From positions 35,146-99,145 of the forward strand of contig JAFGLJ010000001.1 of the NCBI GenBank assembly GCA_016928075.1: a DNA stretch of 64,000 nucleotides, in the 5' to 3' direction. A program made the position numbers and the translations under genes. The notes under the pieces were generated by a model that was not told the DNA's origin, searched no databases, and saw only the letters and a program-made list of their open reading frames with translations. Shown here one piece after another: positions 1 through 10,034 of the stretch (positions within the stretch are counted from its first letter, which is position 1; each line of letters opens with the position of its first letter). The DNA comes from Bacteroidales bacterium (GTDB taxonomy: Bacteria; Bacteroidota; Bacteroidia; Bacteroidales; VadinHA17).

Positions 1-85
1 CGCATGAGGGAAGATTTCAAAAAACTCAGGATGTAAGGCCCCATAAAGATTCAGATATTACTGTATCTGATAAATCTGTTGTTTT

Positions 86-2773
86 ATGAATATAAAGAAC
101 CTGGACTCTATTTTCAGGCCGGAGAGGATAGTTCTTATCGGTGTGTCTATAAATCCGAACAGTGTCAGCGGGAAAGTGCTTACAAATCTCATTGGCAGCG
201 GATTCAAAGGTGTCATATATCCTGTAAACAGGACCAGCGAAGCAGTAATGGGTATATCCTGCTTTAAGTCGCTCAACAGCCTGCCCCGTAAGCCCGATCT
301 GGCTGTTATTTGCTGCGCCGCAACTGAGGTGCCGGAATGGGTACAGGAGTGCGGCGACGCGGGGATTAATGGAATCATTATTATGTCGGCAGGTTTCAGG
401 GAAACAGGTGAAGAAGGCCTTAAATTAGAAAATGAGATCAGGGAAATAAAGAAAAAATTTCCCGATATGCGTATTATCGGTCCGAATTGCCTGGGCATTA
501 TTATACCTGAACTTAAACTTAACCTGAGCTTCGCTCCTTCCCTTCCATTAAAAGGTAACATAGCCTTTATATCCCAGTCAGGTGCTCTTTGCACTTCTGT
601 GCTTGACAGGGCCAGGGAAGAAAAGATAGGGTTTTCATTCTTTATTTCACTGGGAAATGCCATTGATGTCGACTTCGGTCACCTGATAGACTATCTTGGT
701 GCCGATGAATCGACAAGGTTCATTATACTTTACATAGAATCAATCTCCAATGCCAGGAATTTCATGTCAGCAGCCCGTGCTTTCGCCAGAACGAAACCTG
801 TTATTGTGTATAAAGCCGGTCGGTTCACCGAGTCAGCAGCAGTAGCAGCATCACATACAGGAGCAATGGCATCGGAAGATAATATCTACGAAGCTGCCTT
901 TCAGAGGACCGGGATTACAAGGATTTACGATATAGGTGAGATCTTTGACTGTGCCGCACTTATCGGCAGGAATAAAATACCCTCAGGCGACAGGCTGGCT
1001 ATCGTAACCAATGCCGGCGGCCCGGGTGTAATGGCTACCGATACACTGATAGCAGCAGGTGGCACACTGGCCAAACTGGGTGAGGATACAGTGGAAAAAC
1101 TAAATGCCAGCCTGCCACCAATATGGTCACATAGAAACCCGGTGGATGTATTAGGTGACGACAGGTACAAAAGACTTGCCAGGTCAGCAGCCATAGTCCT
1201 TGACGATAAAAATGTGGATGCCTTACTGGTAATCCTCACACCACAGGCTATGACCAATGTGACGGCTGCAGCAAAAGCAATAGGTGAGCTCCAGGCAACT
1301 ACAAAGAAGCCTATCCTGGCTTCCTGGCTCGGAGGTGAACAGATGAAAGAAGGGGTAAGGATACTCAACGATAACCAGGTGGCCACATATGCAACACCTG
1401 AACAGGCTGTAAGAGCATTTATGACCCTCGTAGAATATGCCCGAAACCTGAAAATATTGTATGAAACACCCAGGGACATCCCACTGGAATTTTCCTTCAA
1501 CCGCGATGAAATAAGAAATATCTTCAGTCCTGTGCTTGGAGAGAAATCCGGGACACTGTCTGAAAAGAAATCCAAGGAACTGCTCAGTGCATACGGCATC
1601 CCCGTATCCATGCCATGTATTGCAAAATCTCCTGAAGAAGCTATAAATATTTCAAAAGAGATCGGATACCCTGTCGTATTCAAAATCATGTCTCCCGATA
1701 TTACACATAAGAGTGACTCAGGAGGTGTAATATTGAATATCAGGAATGAATCACAGGCGGAATCAGCATATTCCCAGATAATTGACAACATAAGAAAATC
1801 AGAACCCGGGGCTAATTTTGAGGGTATCACCGTGCAGCCAATGATAGATATGTCAGGTTCAATTGAAATGATACTGGGGATAAAAAGCGACCCTGTGTTT
1901 GGTACGGTAATTCTGGCAGGTGCAGGTGGTGTTACAGCAGAACTTTACAGGGATAAATCACTGGGGTTCCCCCCTCTTAATGAACGCCTGGCAAGACGAA
2001 TGCTTGAACAATTGAAAATATGGCCATTACTAAAGGGTTACCGTGGCAGCAGGCCCGTCGATATGGATAAGCTGCTGGAAACTATGATAAGGCTTTCATA
2101 CCTCGCTGCAGATTACCCGGAAATAAAGGAACTGGATATAAATCCGCTGCTGGCAGCCCCCGATGGACTGGTGGCTGTAGATGCGCGGATAGTGACAGAA
2201 ACAGGCGAGGATAAAAAAGGAAAAAGCAAATACGACCACCTGGCTATTGTACCTTATCCTGAAGAATATGTCACCGCCCCGATGAAGATCGGAAACATTG
2301 GGATAATTATGCGGCCAATAAAGCCTGAAGATGAGCCATTATGGTTTGAGTTGCTTGATTCATGTTCGCGTGAATCAATTTATTCCCGCTTTAATTCGTT
2401 TTTCCATTATTCGGTCCATGAAGTGGCAGCAAGGTACTGTTATATCGACTATGACCGTGAAATAGCAATAGTGGCAGAAACAGAGGAAGAAGGTAAAAAG
2501 AAGATAATAGGTGTAGGCAGACTCATTGCAGATCCCGAACATGAAACGGTGGAATATGCCATTCTTGTTGCCGACAAATGGCAAAATATGGAAATAGGAA
2601 GCCACCTTACAGATTACTGCCTGGAGATTTCAAAAAAATGGGGGCTGAAAAAAGTTGTTGCACAGACCACTTCTGATAACCATCGTATTATTTCAATGTT
2701 CAAAAAAAGGAATTTCAGTATTGAACATGATAAAGATACATCAACGATTTTTATGGAAAAAGAAATAGGGTAA
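86..2773 (+). CDS. Bifunctional ADP-forming acyl-CoA synthetase-like / GNAT N-acetyltransferase (Pat/YfiQ-type architecture)
   Basis: 895-aa ORF. It has an N-terminal CoA-binding Rossmann segment (RIVLIGVS...IYPVN), an ATP-grasp segment (GYPVVFKIMSPDITHKSDSGGV) and a C-terminal ~150-aa GNAT-like segment (IRPIKPEDE...IGVGRLI...). The antisense ORFs inside it look like shadow ORFs. Confidence 0.85.
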   Translation: MNIKNLDSIFRPERIVLIGVSINPNSVSGKVLTNLIGSGFKGVIYPVNRTSEAVMGISCFKSLNSLPRKPDLAVICCAATEVPEWVQECGDAGINGIIIMSAGFRETGEEGLKLENEIREIKKKFPDMRIIGPNCLGIIIPELKLNLSFAPSLPLKGNIAFISQSGALCTSVLDRAREEKIGFSFFISLGNAIDVDFGHLIDYLGADESTRFIILYIESISNARNFMSAARAFARTKPVIVYKAGRFTESAAVAASHTGAMASEDNIYEAAFQRTGITRIYDIGEIFDCAALIGRNKIPSGDRLAIVTNAGGPGVMATDTLIAAGGTLAKLGEDTVEKLNASLPPIWSHRNPVDVLGDDRYKRLARSAAIVLDDKNVDALLVILTPQAMTNVTAAAKAIGELQATTKKPILASWLGGEQMKEGVRILNDNQVATYATPEQAVRAFMTLVEYARNLKILYETPRDIPLEFSFNRDEIRNIFSPVLGEKSGTLSEKKSKELLSAYGIPVSMPCIAKSPEEAINISKEIGYPVVFKIMSPDITHKSDSGGVILNIRNESQAESAYSQIIDNIRKSEPGANFEGITVQPMIDMSGSIEMILGIKSDPVFGTVILAGAGGVTAELYRDKSLGFPPLNERLARRMLEQLKIWPLLKGYRGSRPVDMDKLLETMIRLSYLAADYPEIKELDINPLLAAPDGLVAVDARIVTETGEDKKGKSKYDHLAIVPYPEEYVTAPMKIGNIGIIMRPIKPEDEPLWFELLDSCSRESIYSRFNSFFHYSVHEVAARYCYIDYDREIAIVAETEEEGKKKIIGVGRLIADPEHETVEYAILVADKWQNMEIGSHLTDYCLEISKKWGLKKVVAQTTSDNHRIISMFKKRNFSIEHDKDTSTIFMEKEIG

Positions 2774-2899
2774 GCAGAAGGTTTTCTAAGGTTTTGAGGA
2801 ATCAATCAAGGTTATGTATAAAAAATTTTCCATATGGAATTAACAAACATTTATCTTCAATCGATGTTAATTAGATATTAACCTAATTATCAATTTACT

Positions 2900-3532
2900 A
2901 TGAATACCTTGTACCAAAATGCCGGCAAAGGGATAATAATCAGGTTGATTATCACCATGTCTTTTTTCCTGCTATTTAGTATGTCCTCTTTCAGCCAGGA
3001 TAACTTCACTGATTTTTATATAAGCAACCAGAAGATTAATAGCACCGGTATGTATATACTGGGATCATGGGCAATAGCAAATATTGCAACCGGAGCATAC
3101 GGTTGGTCAAAATACTCCGGTGACAGGATGTATTTCTACCAGATGAACCTCTTCTGGAATGTGGTTAACGCTTCAATTGCAGGCTTTGCGCTGTATAGCA
3201 ATTATACCACAGACATCAGCAGCTTCAGCCAACAGGAACTCTTGGAAAAACTGGTTAAAACAGAGAATATCCTTCTCATTAATGCCGGTTTAGATGTAGG
3301 ATATATTGGAGCAGGATTCCTTTTAAAGCATCTTTCAACCAAATACCCCAATCGCAGTTCAATGCTAAAAGGTTACGGTAATTCAATAATATTACAGGGT
3401 GGCTTCTTACTGGTTTTTGATGTTATTTTGTACGGTATTCTAAGAGCCGACAGGATAGACTTCCTTAATAATATTAATCTTGCACTGCTGCCTGAAGGAT
3501 TCGGCATAGGACTGAGCATACCTCTCTACTAA
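2900..3532 (+). CDS. Hypothetical multi-pass membrane protein
   Basis: 210-aa ORF with several hydrophobic helices and no competing ORF. No family recognised. Confidence 0.55.
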   Translation: MNTLYQNAGKGIIIRLIITMSFFLLFSMSSFSQDNFTDFYISNQKINSTGMYILGSWAIANIATGAYGWSKYSGDRMYFYQMNLFWNVVNASIAGFALYSNYTTDISSFSQQELLEKLVKTENILLINAGLDVGYIGAGFLLKHLSTKYPNRSSMLKGYGNSIILQGGFLLVFDVILYGILRADRIDFLNNINLALLPEGFGIGLSIPLY

Positions 3533-3543
3533 AAATAAAAAAA

Positions 3544-4965
3544 ATGAAAATCCTCTTAACAGGCACCACAGGATATATAGGAAGAAGACTTCTGCCCATT
3601 CTTCTAAATGAGGGCCATCATGTAATATGTTGTGTGCGGGATAAAAACAGGTTTGATATATCAAAATATGATTCATCAAAACTTGACGTCATCGAGGTCG
3701 ATTTTCTTAAAAAAGATACCCTTAAGAATATTCCTGAACAAATAGATGCAGCTTATTACCTTATCCATTCGATGTCAACATCAACCCGCGATTTTGAATT
3801 TCTTGAAAGACAGTCGGCTGAAAATTTTAAAGAGGCAATACAAAAAACATCGGTAAAGCAGGTAATATACCTCAGCGGTATAATTAATAACAAAGAATTA
3901 TCAAGGCATCTCACTTCGCGGAAAGCAGTAGAAGATATACTGAAGACCGGATCTTATCACCTCACAACATTGCGAGCCGGTATAATCGTTGGCTCAGGCA
4001 GTGCATCATTTGAGATTATACGTGACCTCGTTGAAAAACTCCCTGTAATGGTAGCACCTCGATGGTTAAATACAAAATCCCAGCCAATAGCAATTCAGAA
4101 TGTATTAGAATTCCTTACAGGTGTTCTCCTTAACGAGAAGACTTATGACAACAGTTTTGATATAGGAGGCCCTGATATACTCACTTACAAGCAGATGCTG
4201 CTTAAGTTTGCCGGTGTAAGAAAACTAAGACGAAGTATATTTGTGGTGCCGGTAATGACCCCAAAACTATCTTCTTACTGGCTGTATTTTATCACTTCAA
4301 CATCATATAAACTGGCCGTTAACCTCGTTGACAGCATGAAAGTCGAAATCATTTGTGAAAAAAACTCTCTTCCTGAGATGTTAGGCATAGAGCTGATTTC
4401 ATATGAAGATGCTGTTAAGTCAGCATTTGACATGATTGAACAGCAGGAAGTCATTTCCAGCTGGACAGATGCCCTGTCAAGTGATACCCTTTCAAAGGGG
4501 ATATCGAATCTGATAAATGTGCCTGTGTACGGATGCTTCAAAGACCGGAGGAATCGCGATATCTCAGATGAAGAAGAAGTCATTGGCCGAATATGGTCTA
4601 TAGGTGGCGATACGGGTTGGTACTATGCAAACTGGTTATGGGGTATCAGGGGTTTCCTCGATAAGATCACAGGAGGTGTAGGGCTTCGCAGGGGGCGCAG
4701 GAGCAGAACGGAAATATCAGCAGGTGATGCACTCGATTTCTGGAGAGTCATATATGCTGATAAAGCTGAAAAAAGGCTCCTGCTCTTTGCAGAGATGAAA
4801 CTACCCGGGGAAGCATGGCTTGAGTTCAGGATTAAAGATAATACTCTACACCAGACCGCTACTTTTCGTCCTCGAGGCTTGTGGGGAAGAATATACTGGT
4901 ATTCTGTTCTTCCATTCCATGGTCTTATTTTCAGAGGAATGATAAAAAGACTAGCAGGAAAATAG
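3544..4965 (+). CDS. NAD(P)-binding SDR-family protein with C-terminal DUF2867-like domain
   Basis: N-terminal MKILLTGTTGYIGRRL glycine-rich Rossmann motif. The C-terminal WYYANWLWGIRGFLDKITGGVGLRRGRR segment is typical of DUF2867 fusions. Confidence 0.8.
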   Translation: MKILLTGTTGYIGRRLLPILLNEGHHVICCVRDKNRFDISKYDSSKLDVIEVDFLKKDTLKNIPEQIDAAYYLIHSMSTSTRDFEFLERQSAENFKEAIQKTSVKQVIYLSGIINNKELSRHLTSRKAVEDILKTGSYHLTTLRAGIIVGSGSASFEIIRDLVEKLPVMVAPRWLNTKSQPIAIQNVLEFLTGVLLNEKTYDNSFDIGGPDILTYKQMLLKFAGVRKLRRSIFVVPVMTPKLSSYWLYFITSTSYKLAVNLVDSMKVEIICEKNSLPEMLGIELISYEDAVKSAFDMIEQQEVISSWTDALSSDTLSKGISNLINVPVYGCFKDRRNRDISDEEEVIGRIWSIGGDTGWYYANWLWGIRGFLDKITGGVGLRRGRRSRTEISAGDALDFWRVIYADKAEKRLLLFAEMKLPGEAWLEFRIKDNTLHQTATFRPRGLWGRIYWYSVLPFHGLIFRGMIKRLAGK

Positions 4966-4970
4966 AAATA

Positions 4971-6131
4971 TTATAGCCTGTCCTCCAGCGCCTGCCTGAT
5001 AACCCCGGGTTTCACAAGCTTCCTGTCACCGATTCCGAATATCAGTCCCCTTTTCTTGAATCGATCTACAATCTTATCTATTGTTTCGGCAGGTATACCG
5101 TAATCGCTGAATTTTGTTTTCACCCCGAGCGATTCAAAAAATTCAACTGTTCTGTCAATTGCCTTTTCTGCACGCTCATCATCAGTTCCTTCGGTTATGT
5201 TCCATACCCTTTCCCCGTACTGCACAAGCTTATCCTTTTTCTCCTCTTTAAGTACATGCCATATTCCCGGAAGAACGATTGCCAGTGTGCGTGCATGATC
5301 AATATTATGAAACGCCGTAAGCTCATGGCCTATATCATGAACCGACCAGTCTTCCGGAACACCTGCTTTTATAATCCCGTTAAGTGCCATGGTGGCTGAC
5401 CACATCAGGTTGGACATTGATTCATAATCTTTGGGGTTCTTATAGGTTTTCGGACCTTCCTCGATCAGGGTTTTCAGTATCGACTCAGCAAACCTGTCCT
5501 GCAGGGGAGCGTTTACCGGGTAGGTAAGGTATTGCTCTATTACATGTACAAAAGCATCGACAACACCATTGGCCACCTGCTCTTTCGGAAGAGTTCCGGC
5601 AGCCTCAGGCAATAGTACTGAAAACTGTGGAAACGAATAAGGTGAACTGAAAGCTAATTTTTCATTTGTCGACTTCCTGCTGATAACCGCATTCTTGTTC
5701 ATCTCGGTTCCCGTTGCCGGCAGAGTCAGAATATCTGCGAAGGGAATCGATGCCTTGATTTCCTTTCCCTTTGAAAGTATCTCCCATGGATCACCTTCTT
5801 CATAAGAAACTGCTGCAGCGATAAACTTGGTGGCATCTATCACTGAACCACCACCTGCGGCAAGCAAGTACTCAACCTTCTCTTTCTTTATTAAATCCAC
5901 AGCATTCATGCATGTCTCATATGTCGGATTGGGCTCTATACCTTTAAACTCAACAATATCGCGGTCTTTCAGTGCATTAATTATACCTTCATATACCCCG
6001 TTCTTTTTAATGCTGCCACCTCCATATAAGAGCAGTATTTTTTTTTCGGCAGGTACCAGATCTCCAATTTTCTCAAGCTGGTCCTTTCCAAATAAAATCT
6101 TAACAGGGTTGTAAAATTCAAAGTCTTTCAT
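4971..6131 (-). CDS. Iron-containing (group III) alcohol dehydrogenase, YqhD/butanol dehydrogenase-like
   Basis: 386 aa. It has a GGGS.ID..K nucleotide loop (AAGGGSVIDATKF) and metal-ligand histidines (DAFVHVIEQY, HDIGHELT). Confidence 0.85.
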   Translation of the reverse strand: MKDFEFYNPVKILFGKDQLEKIGDLVPAEKKILLLYGGGSIKKNGVYEGIINALKDRDIVEFKGIEPNPTYETCMNAVDLIKKEKVEYLLAAGGGSVIDATKFIAAAVSYEEGDPWEILSKGKEIKASIPFADILTLPATGTEMNKNAVISRKSTNEKLAFSSPYSFPQFSVLLPEAAGTLPKEQVANGVVDAFVHVIEQYLTYPVNAPLQDRFAESILKTLIEEGPKTYKNPKDYESMSNLMWSATMALNGIIKAGVPEDWSVHDIGHELTAFHNIDHARTLAIVLPGIWHVLKEEKKDKLVQYGERVWNITEGTDDERAEKAIDRTVEFFESLGVKTKFSDYGIPAETIDKIVDRFKKRGLIFGIGDRKLVKPGVIRQALEDRL

Positions 6132-6326
6132 ATGTCAGCTAATATTGTATTTAACCTTTCTACCTACTTAGTATAAGCCACACTGGATTTAAGAAATTCA
6201 TCCACATGTATTCTTAATTATTCCAAACATATAGAGGCACAAATTTTTGTGTCTCTACATTTGTCATTATTTTGTTTCTTAATAATAATAATTTTTGTTA
6301 AGAATAATAAATTATTTTTAAGGACC

Positions 6327-8381
6327 ATGAATATTATGTTAAGATTGAAATATACATACCGTTGTGTTTTTGTTTTTCTCATAATATCCATCATCCATAT
6401 AAATCTGAACGGACAAAAAACTACCGGAGCACATTTCATTAATAAGTCTCCTCGGATAGATGGTATTTTTGAAGATAGTGTCTGGTATGGTGCCGACAGT
6501 TCATACAGCTTTATACAGATGGAACCAGACCCTGGAAAACTGGCCACCGAGGAAACGGTAGCATGGTTTGGCTATGATAACGAGAATATATATGTTGTAT
6601 TCAAATGCTATCAGAAAAAGCCTATTATCGCCAGGAACCAGAGCCGTGATGCTCTTAGCAAGAACGATGATCTTATTGCCTTTTTTATCGATACCTATAA
6701 CGATAACAGGAGTGGATATGGTTTCTTTACTAATTTACTCGGAACCCAGATTGATATTAAAATTAATGATGATGGAAGTACTATTGATACCAGCTGGGAT
6801 ACCGAATGGATTTGTGATGCCAGAGAGCATGAATGGGGTTGGTGTGCAGAATTCGCAGTTCCATTTGCAAGTCTTAAATATAAGAAAGGTATAGAAACAT
6901 GGGGTATAAACTTCGGCCGTGTGATCAGATCCGGTTTTGAGACGGTATACTGGTCAGGCCGGTTAACAGATGATTTCAGAATTTCACAGGGAGGTAAGCT
7001 TAAGAATATTAAACTGCCGGGATCGGATATGAAAATCACATTGTTTCCGTATGCAACTGTACTTAAGTCCACTGCTGAGGACATTAACCTCGATGGTGGA
7101 ATTGATGGTGAATGGCAGATCAGTTCAAATGTTTCACTTAATGCTACTTTTAATCCCGACTTTGCAACAGTTGAAGCTGATGAAGTGAAGATTAATCTTA
7201 CCCGTTATGAACTCAGCTACCCTGAAAAAAGGCTCTTTTTCCAGGAAGGCAATGAGATGTATAATACCAGAATACAAACATTTTATTCAAGACGTATTCA
7301 GGATATAAATTATGGAGCAAGGTTTAACGGAAAAATCGGGGACTACCAGTTTAATGCGCTCAATGTAATGACCCCGGAGTTTTCTGACGTAGATCCTGCA
7401 GCCTTCTTCACGGTTGGCAGGGTAAAGAAAGATTTCCTTGAATCTTCAACCATCGGACTGACAATAGTAGATAAAAGCTGGGAAGGCGGTTTCACCCGAT
7501 CATTTGGACTGGATTATACCCTGAACCTGGGCAAAACATGGAAGCTTACAGGACAGTTTATTGGGTCAGCTCCGGGAAAACTTTCTGAAAGCAGTGCCTG
7601 GTTTATGAGATTTGCACGTGAGAACAATATTTATCATTATCATTTCAGATACACCAGTATTGGACAGAACTTTATGGAAAATGTGAATCAAACAGGATTT
7701 ATCAGAGATGATGACAGGCGTGAAATAGATTTTGAAGGAACTTATAAGTTCTGGTTGCAGGAAAAGATCCTTAAATATATTGACCTGGGCTCAAATAATA
7801 ATTTCTTCTGGAGCCGTCAAACAGGAATCCTAAGAAGTTGGTCGCTTGACAACTGGGTTGATTTCTACTTCAATAACCGAATAAATATCAAGTATAAATA
7901 TAATAATGAATATAAATTATTCGAAAAAGACTTCTATAATTATCAGCATCAGTTCTCCCTTGGATATAATACTGAGGAATGGAGTCATGCAAGTATTGCG
8001 TATACGACTGGCAGGAATTTTAATAGCCATTTCTATCTGATGAGTGCTGGCGGAAGAATTAAACCCTTCCAGAATTTTTCACTTAGCTATACTACTCAGC
8101 TTATAAACTTTGAACCTGACACGGAAAACAGGTCAACATTTAATAACATACTGACAGTAAATTATAATTTTACCAAGGATATCTGGCTTAAGGCATTTGC
8201 CCAGACAAGCAGAGTTGATCAAAGGATATATGTTTACGGATTGTTCGGATGGAGGTTTAAACCACCTTTTGGTGCCTTGTATATTATTTTTTCACACGAC
8301 CAGTTTGATTCAGGTCCAGATAATATTATCAGTAACAATATCTTCCTTAAAATAACCTATCCTGTCATGATAAAAAAGTAA
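6327..8381 (+). CDS. DUF5916 / CBM9-like domain outer-membrane-associated protein
   Basis: The long ORF begins at 6249, but a signal-peptide-like start MNIMLRLKYTYRCVFVFLII sits at ATG 6327. The CBM9-like N-terminus reads IDG..ED.VW, and the beta-rich C-terminal part is typical of DUF5916. Confidence 0.7.
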   Translation: MNIMLRLKYTYRCVFVFLIISIIHINLNGQKTTGAHFINKSPRIDGIFEDSVWYGADSSYSFIQMEPDPGKLATEETVAWFGYDNENIYVVFKCYQKKPIIARNQSRDALSKNDDLIAFFIDTYNDNRSGYGFFTNLLGTQIDIKINDDGSTIDTSWDTEWICDAREHEWGWCAEFAVPFASLKYKKGIETWGINFGRVIRSGFETVYWSGRLTDDFRISQGGKLKNIKLPGSDMKITLFPYATVLKSTAEDINLDGGIDGEWQISSNVSLNATFNPDFATVEADEVKINLTRYELSYPEKRLFFQEGNEMYNTRIQTFYSRRIQDINYGARFNGKIGDYQFNALNVMTPEFSDVDPAAFFTVGRVKKDFLESSTIGLTIVDKSWEGGFTRSFGLDYTLNLGKTWKLTGQFIGSAPGKLSESSAWFMRFARENNIYHYHFRYTSIGQNFMENVNQTGFIRDDDRREIDFEGTYKFWLQEKILKYIDLGSNNNFFWSRQTGILRSWSLDNWVDFYFNNRINIKYKYNNEYKLFEKDFYNYQHQFSLGYNTEEWSHASIAYTTGRNFNSHFYLMSAGGRIKPFQNFSLSYTTQLINFEPDTENRSTFNNILTVNYNFTKDIWLKAFAQTSRVDQRIYVYGLFGWRFKPPFGALYIIFSHDQFDSGPDNIISNNIFLKITYPVMIKK

Positions 8382-8489
8382 AGGTAATGTCAAAAGAAAT
8401 ACAGACCTTCAGGATTCTTTATATATATTAATCTTTATATATATTAATTTATTTATCTTAATTGTCCGCTAAACAAGAAACCAATCATC

Positions 8490-10022
8490 ATGTCGAAACG
8501 CACAAGAAGAAAGTTTGTGAGGGATTTAAGTACTTTGATTGCTGCCGGTGCAGCGACTGATTTAAGCATGGGTGCTATACCTTTCCCTTTCATAACAGGT
8601 AACACAAGTGCCGGAAGTGCAATTAAACAGGGTAAAACATTTGTTGGGATACAGATGAGCCCGCATACAATGCTTGATGAAGGGATTGAAGCATGCTTAG
8701 ACCTTATAGCTGAAACTGCCGGAGTGAATGCAGTATTTCCCTACAGCCATGCTTTCCACACCAGCTCACTTGGAAAACCTGTGCGCTACCTTGCCAAAGA
8801 TCATGGCAAACCTCCAAGAGATCTCAGGAATAAGGTACCTGCAGTCTGGGTCAGGCATAATGAAAAATACTTTAAGGACACAGTGCTCAGGATCAAGGCC
8901 ACTGATAAAGAGCTTGAATTTTCCGATCGCGATCTTTTCAAAGAGATAAGACAGCCTGCAAACGAAAGGGGTATTAAGGTGTTTGCAAGGATACTTGAAA
9001 GCACTGGCATTTTCATCGAGAACTTTGACAGTGTCCTTACTGTAGATTCCTATGGTAATCCCGGACGGAAAGCCTGCTGGAGCAATCCTGGTTATATAAA
9101 TTTCTGGAAAGCAGTTGTAGCTGATATGTTTAACAGTTATGAACTGGACGGCTTTCAATGGGGTGCCGAACGAATGGGACCATTGATGAACATTATCCTT
9201 CCATGGAATGATGATCCACCTGCATGCTTCTGCAAACATTGTATTGAACGAGGCAGGGCTGCCAATATCGATACCGAAAGAGCCCGTGAGGGGTACAGGC
9301 TCTTATACGAATATGTCCGGAGACTAATGACCGATTCCCCAAAACCTCCAGAAGGGGTATTTACTGTTTTCCTTCGTCATCTTATAAAATACCCCGAGAT
9401 ACTCTCCTGGGAATACCTTTACAGGAAATCAAGGGAAGATCTGCAGAAAGGGATGTATGAAACGATCAAATCTATAAAACCTGATGCACTTGTTGGTTGG
9501 CATGTCGATCATCAGCCTTCAAGCTGGGACATTATTTACAGGGCCGAGATGAGCTACGAAGAAATGGCCCCGTATTCTGATTTTATAAAGCTTATTCTTT
9601 ATCATGAGGTTCTGGGCCCCCGGATACGCTCCTGGTACCTCGACAGGTTTAAAAAGACAATTCTGAGTGAAATATCCCTGGAGCAATCACTGGAACTCTA
9701 TTATGATCTGTTTGGTTACGATAAAAACCAAGAACCTCCTGTCGACAAATTGTTTTCCGAAGGTTTTTCTCCTGACTACGTCCGTCGCGAAACAGCTCGC
9801 AGTGTGGCATCTGCAAACGGAAAAACTCAGATATTTGCCGGTATAGGGATTGATGTGCCAGGCAGCCCTCCTGATGATCCTGAAACTGTATACATGGCCA
9901 CACTTAATGCCCTTGAAGCAGGAGCAGGAGGAATTGTTATATCAAGGGAATATGAAGAGATGAGTGTCAAAAATCTTGAGGCAATCGGTAAAGCTGTAAA
10001 TGATTGGGAAAATAAATCATAA
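8490..10022 (+). CDS. Tat-signal exported protein of unknown family (possible glycan-active TIM-barrel-like enzyme)
   Basis: N-terminal twin-arginine motif KRTRRKFVRDLSTLIAAGAA. The 510-aa ORF lies directly upstream of GH127. No family recognised with confidence. Confidence 0.6.
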   Translation: MSKRTRRKFVRDLSTLIAAGAATDLSMGAIPFPFITGNTSAGSAIKQGKTFVGIQMSPHTMLDEGIEACLDLIAETAGVNAVFPYSHAFHTSSLGKPVRYLAKDHGKPPRDLRNKVPAVWVRHNEKYFKDTVLRIKATDKELEFSDRDLFKEIRQPANERGIKVFARILESTGIFIENFDSVLTVDSYGNPGRKACWSNPGYINFWKAVVADMFNSYELDGFQWGAERMGPLMNIILPWNDDPPACFCKHCIERGRAANIDTERAREGYRLLYEYVRRLMTDSPKPPEGVFTVFLRHLIKYPEILSWEYLYRKSREDLQKGMYETIKSIKPDALVGWHVDHQPSSWDIIYRAEMSYEEMAPYSDFIKLILYHEVLGPRIRSWYLDRFKKTILSEISLEQSLELYYDLFGYDKNQEPPVDKLFSEGFSPDYVRRETARSVASANGKTQIFAGIGIDVPGSPPDDPETVYMATLNALEAGAGGIVISREYEEMSVKNLEAIGKAVNDWENKS

Positions 10023-10034
10023 AAATATAATACC

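Noticed and set aside
1-36. A possible 3' end of an upstream plus-strand gene (...RMREDFKKLRM-stop).
   Set aside because: Only 11 codons are visible, which is too little to support a call.
58-1830. Long antisense ORFs (58-663 minus, 925-1830 minus) inside the Pat-like gene. Similar antisense or overlapping ORFs occur inside most large genes, for example 16967-19874 within the adhesin and 21380-24694 within the usher-like gene.
   Set aside because: They lie entirely within much longer ORFs that carry recognisable domain motifs, and their translations are low-complexity with no motifs. They are judged to be shadow ORFs.
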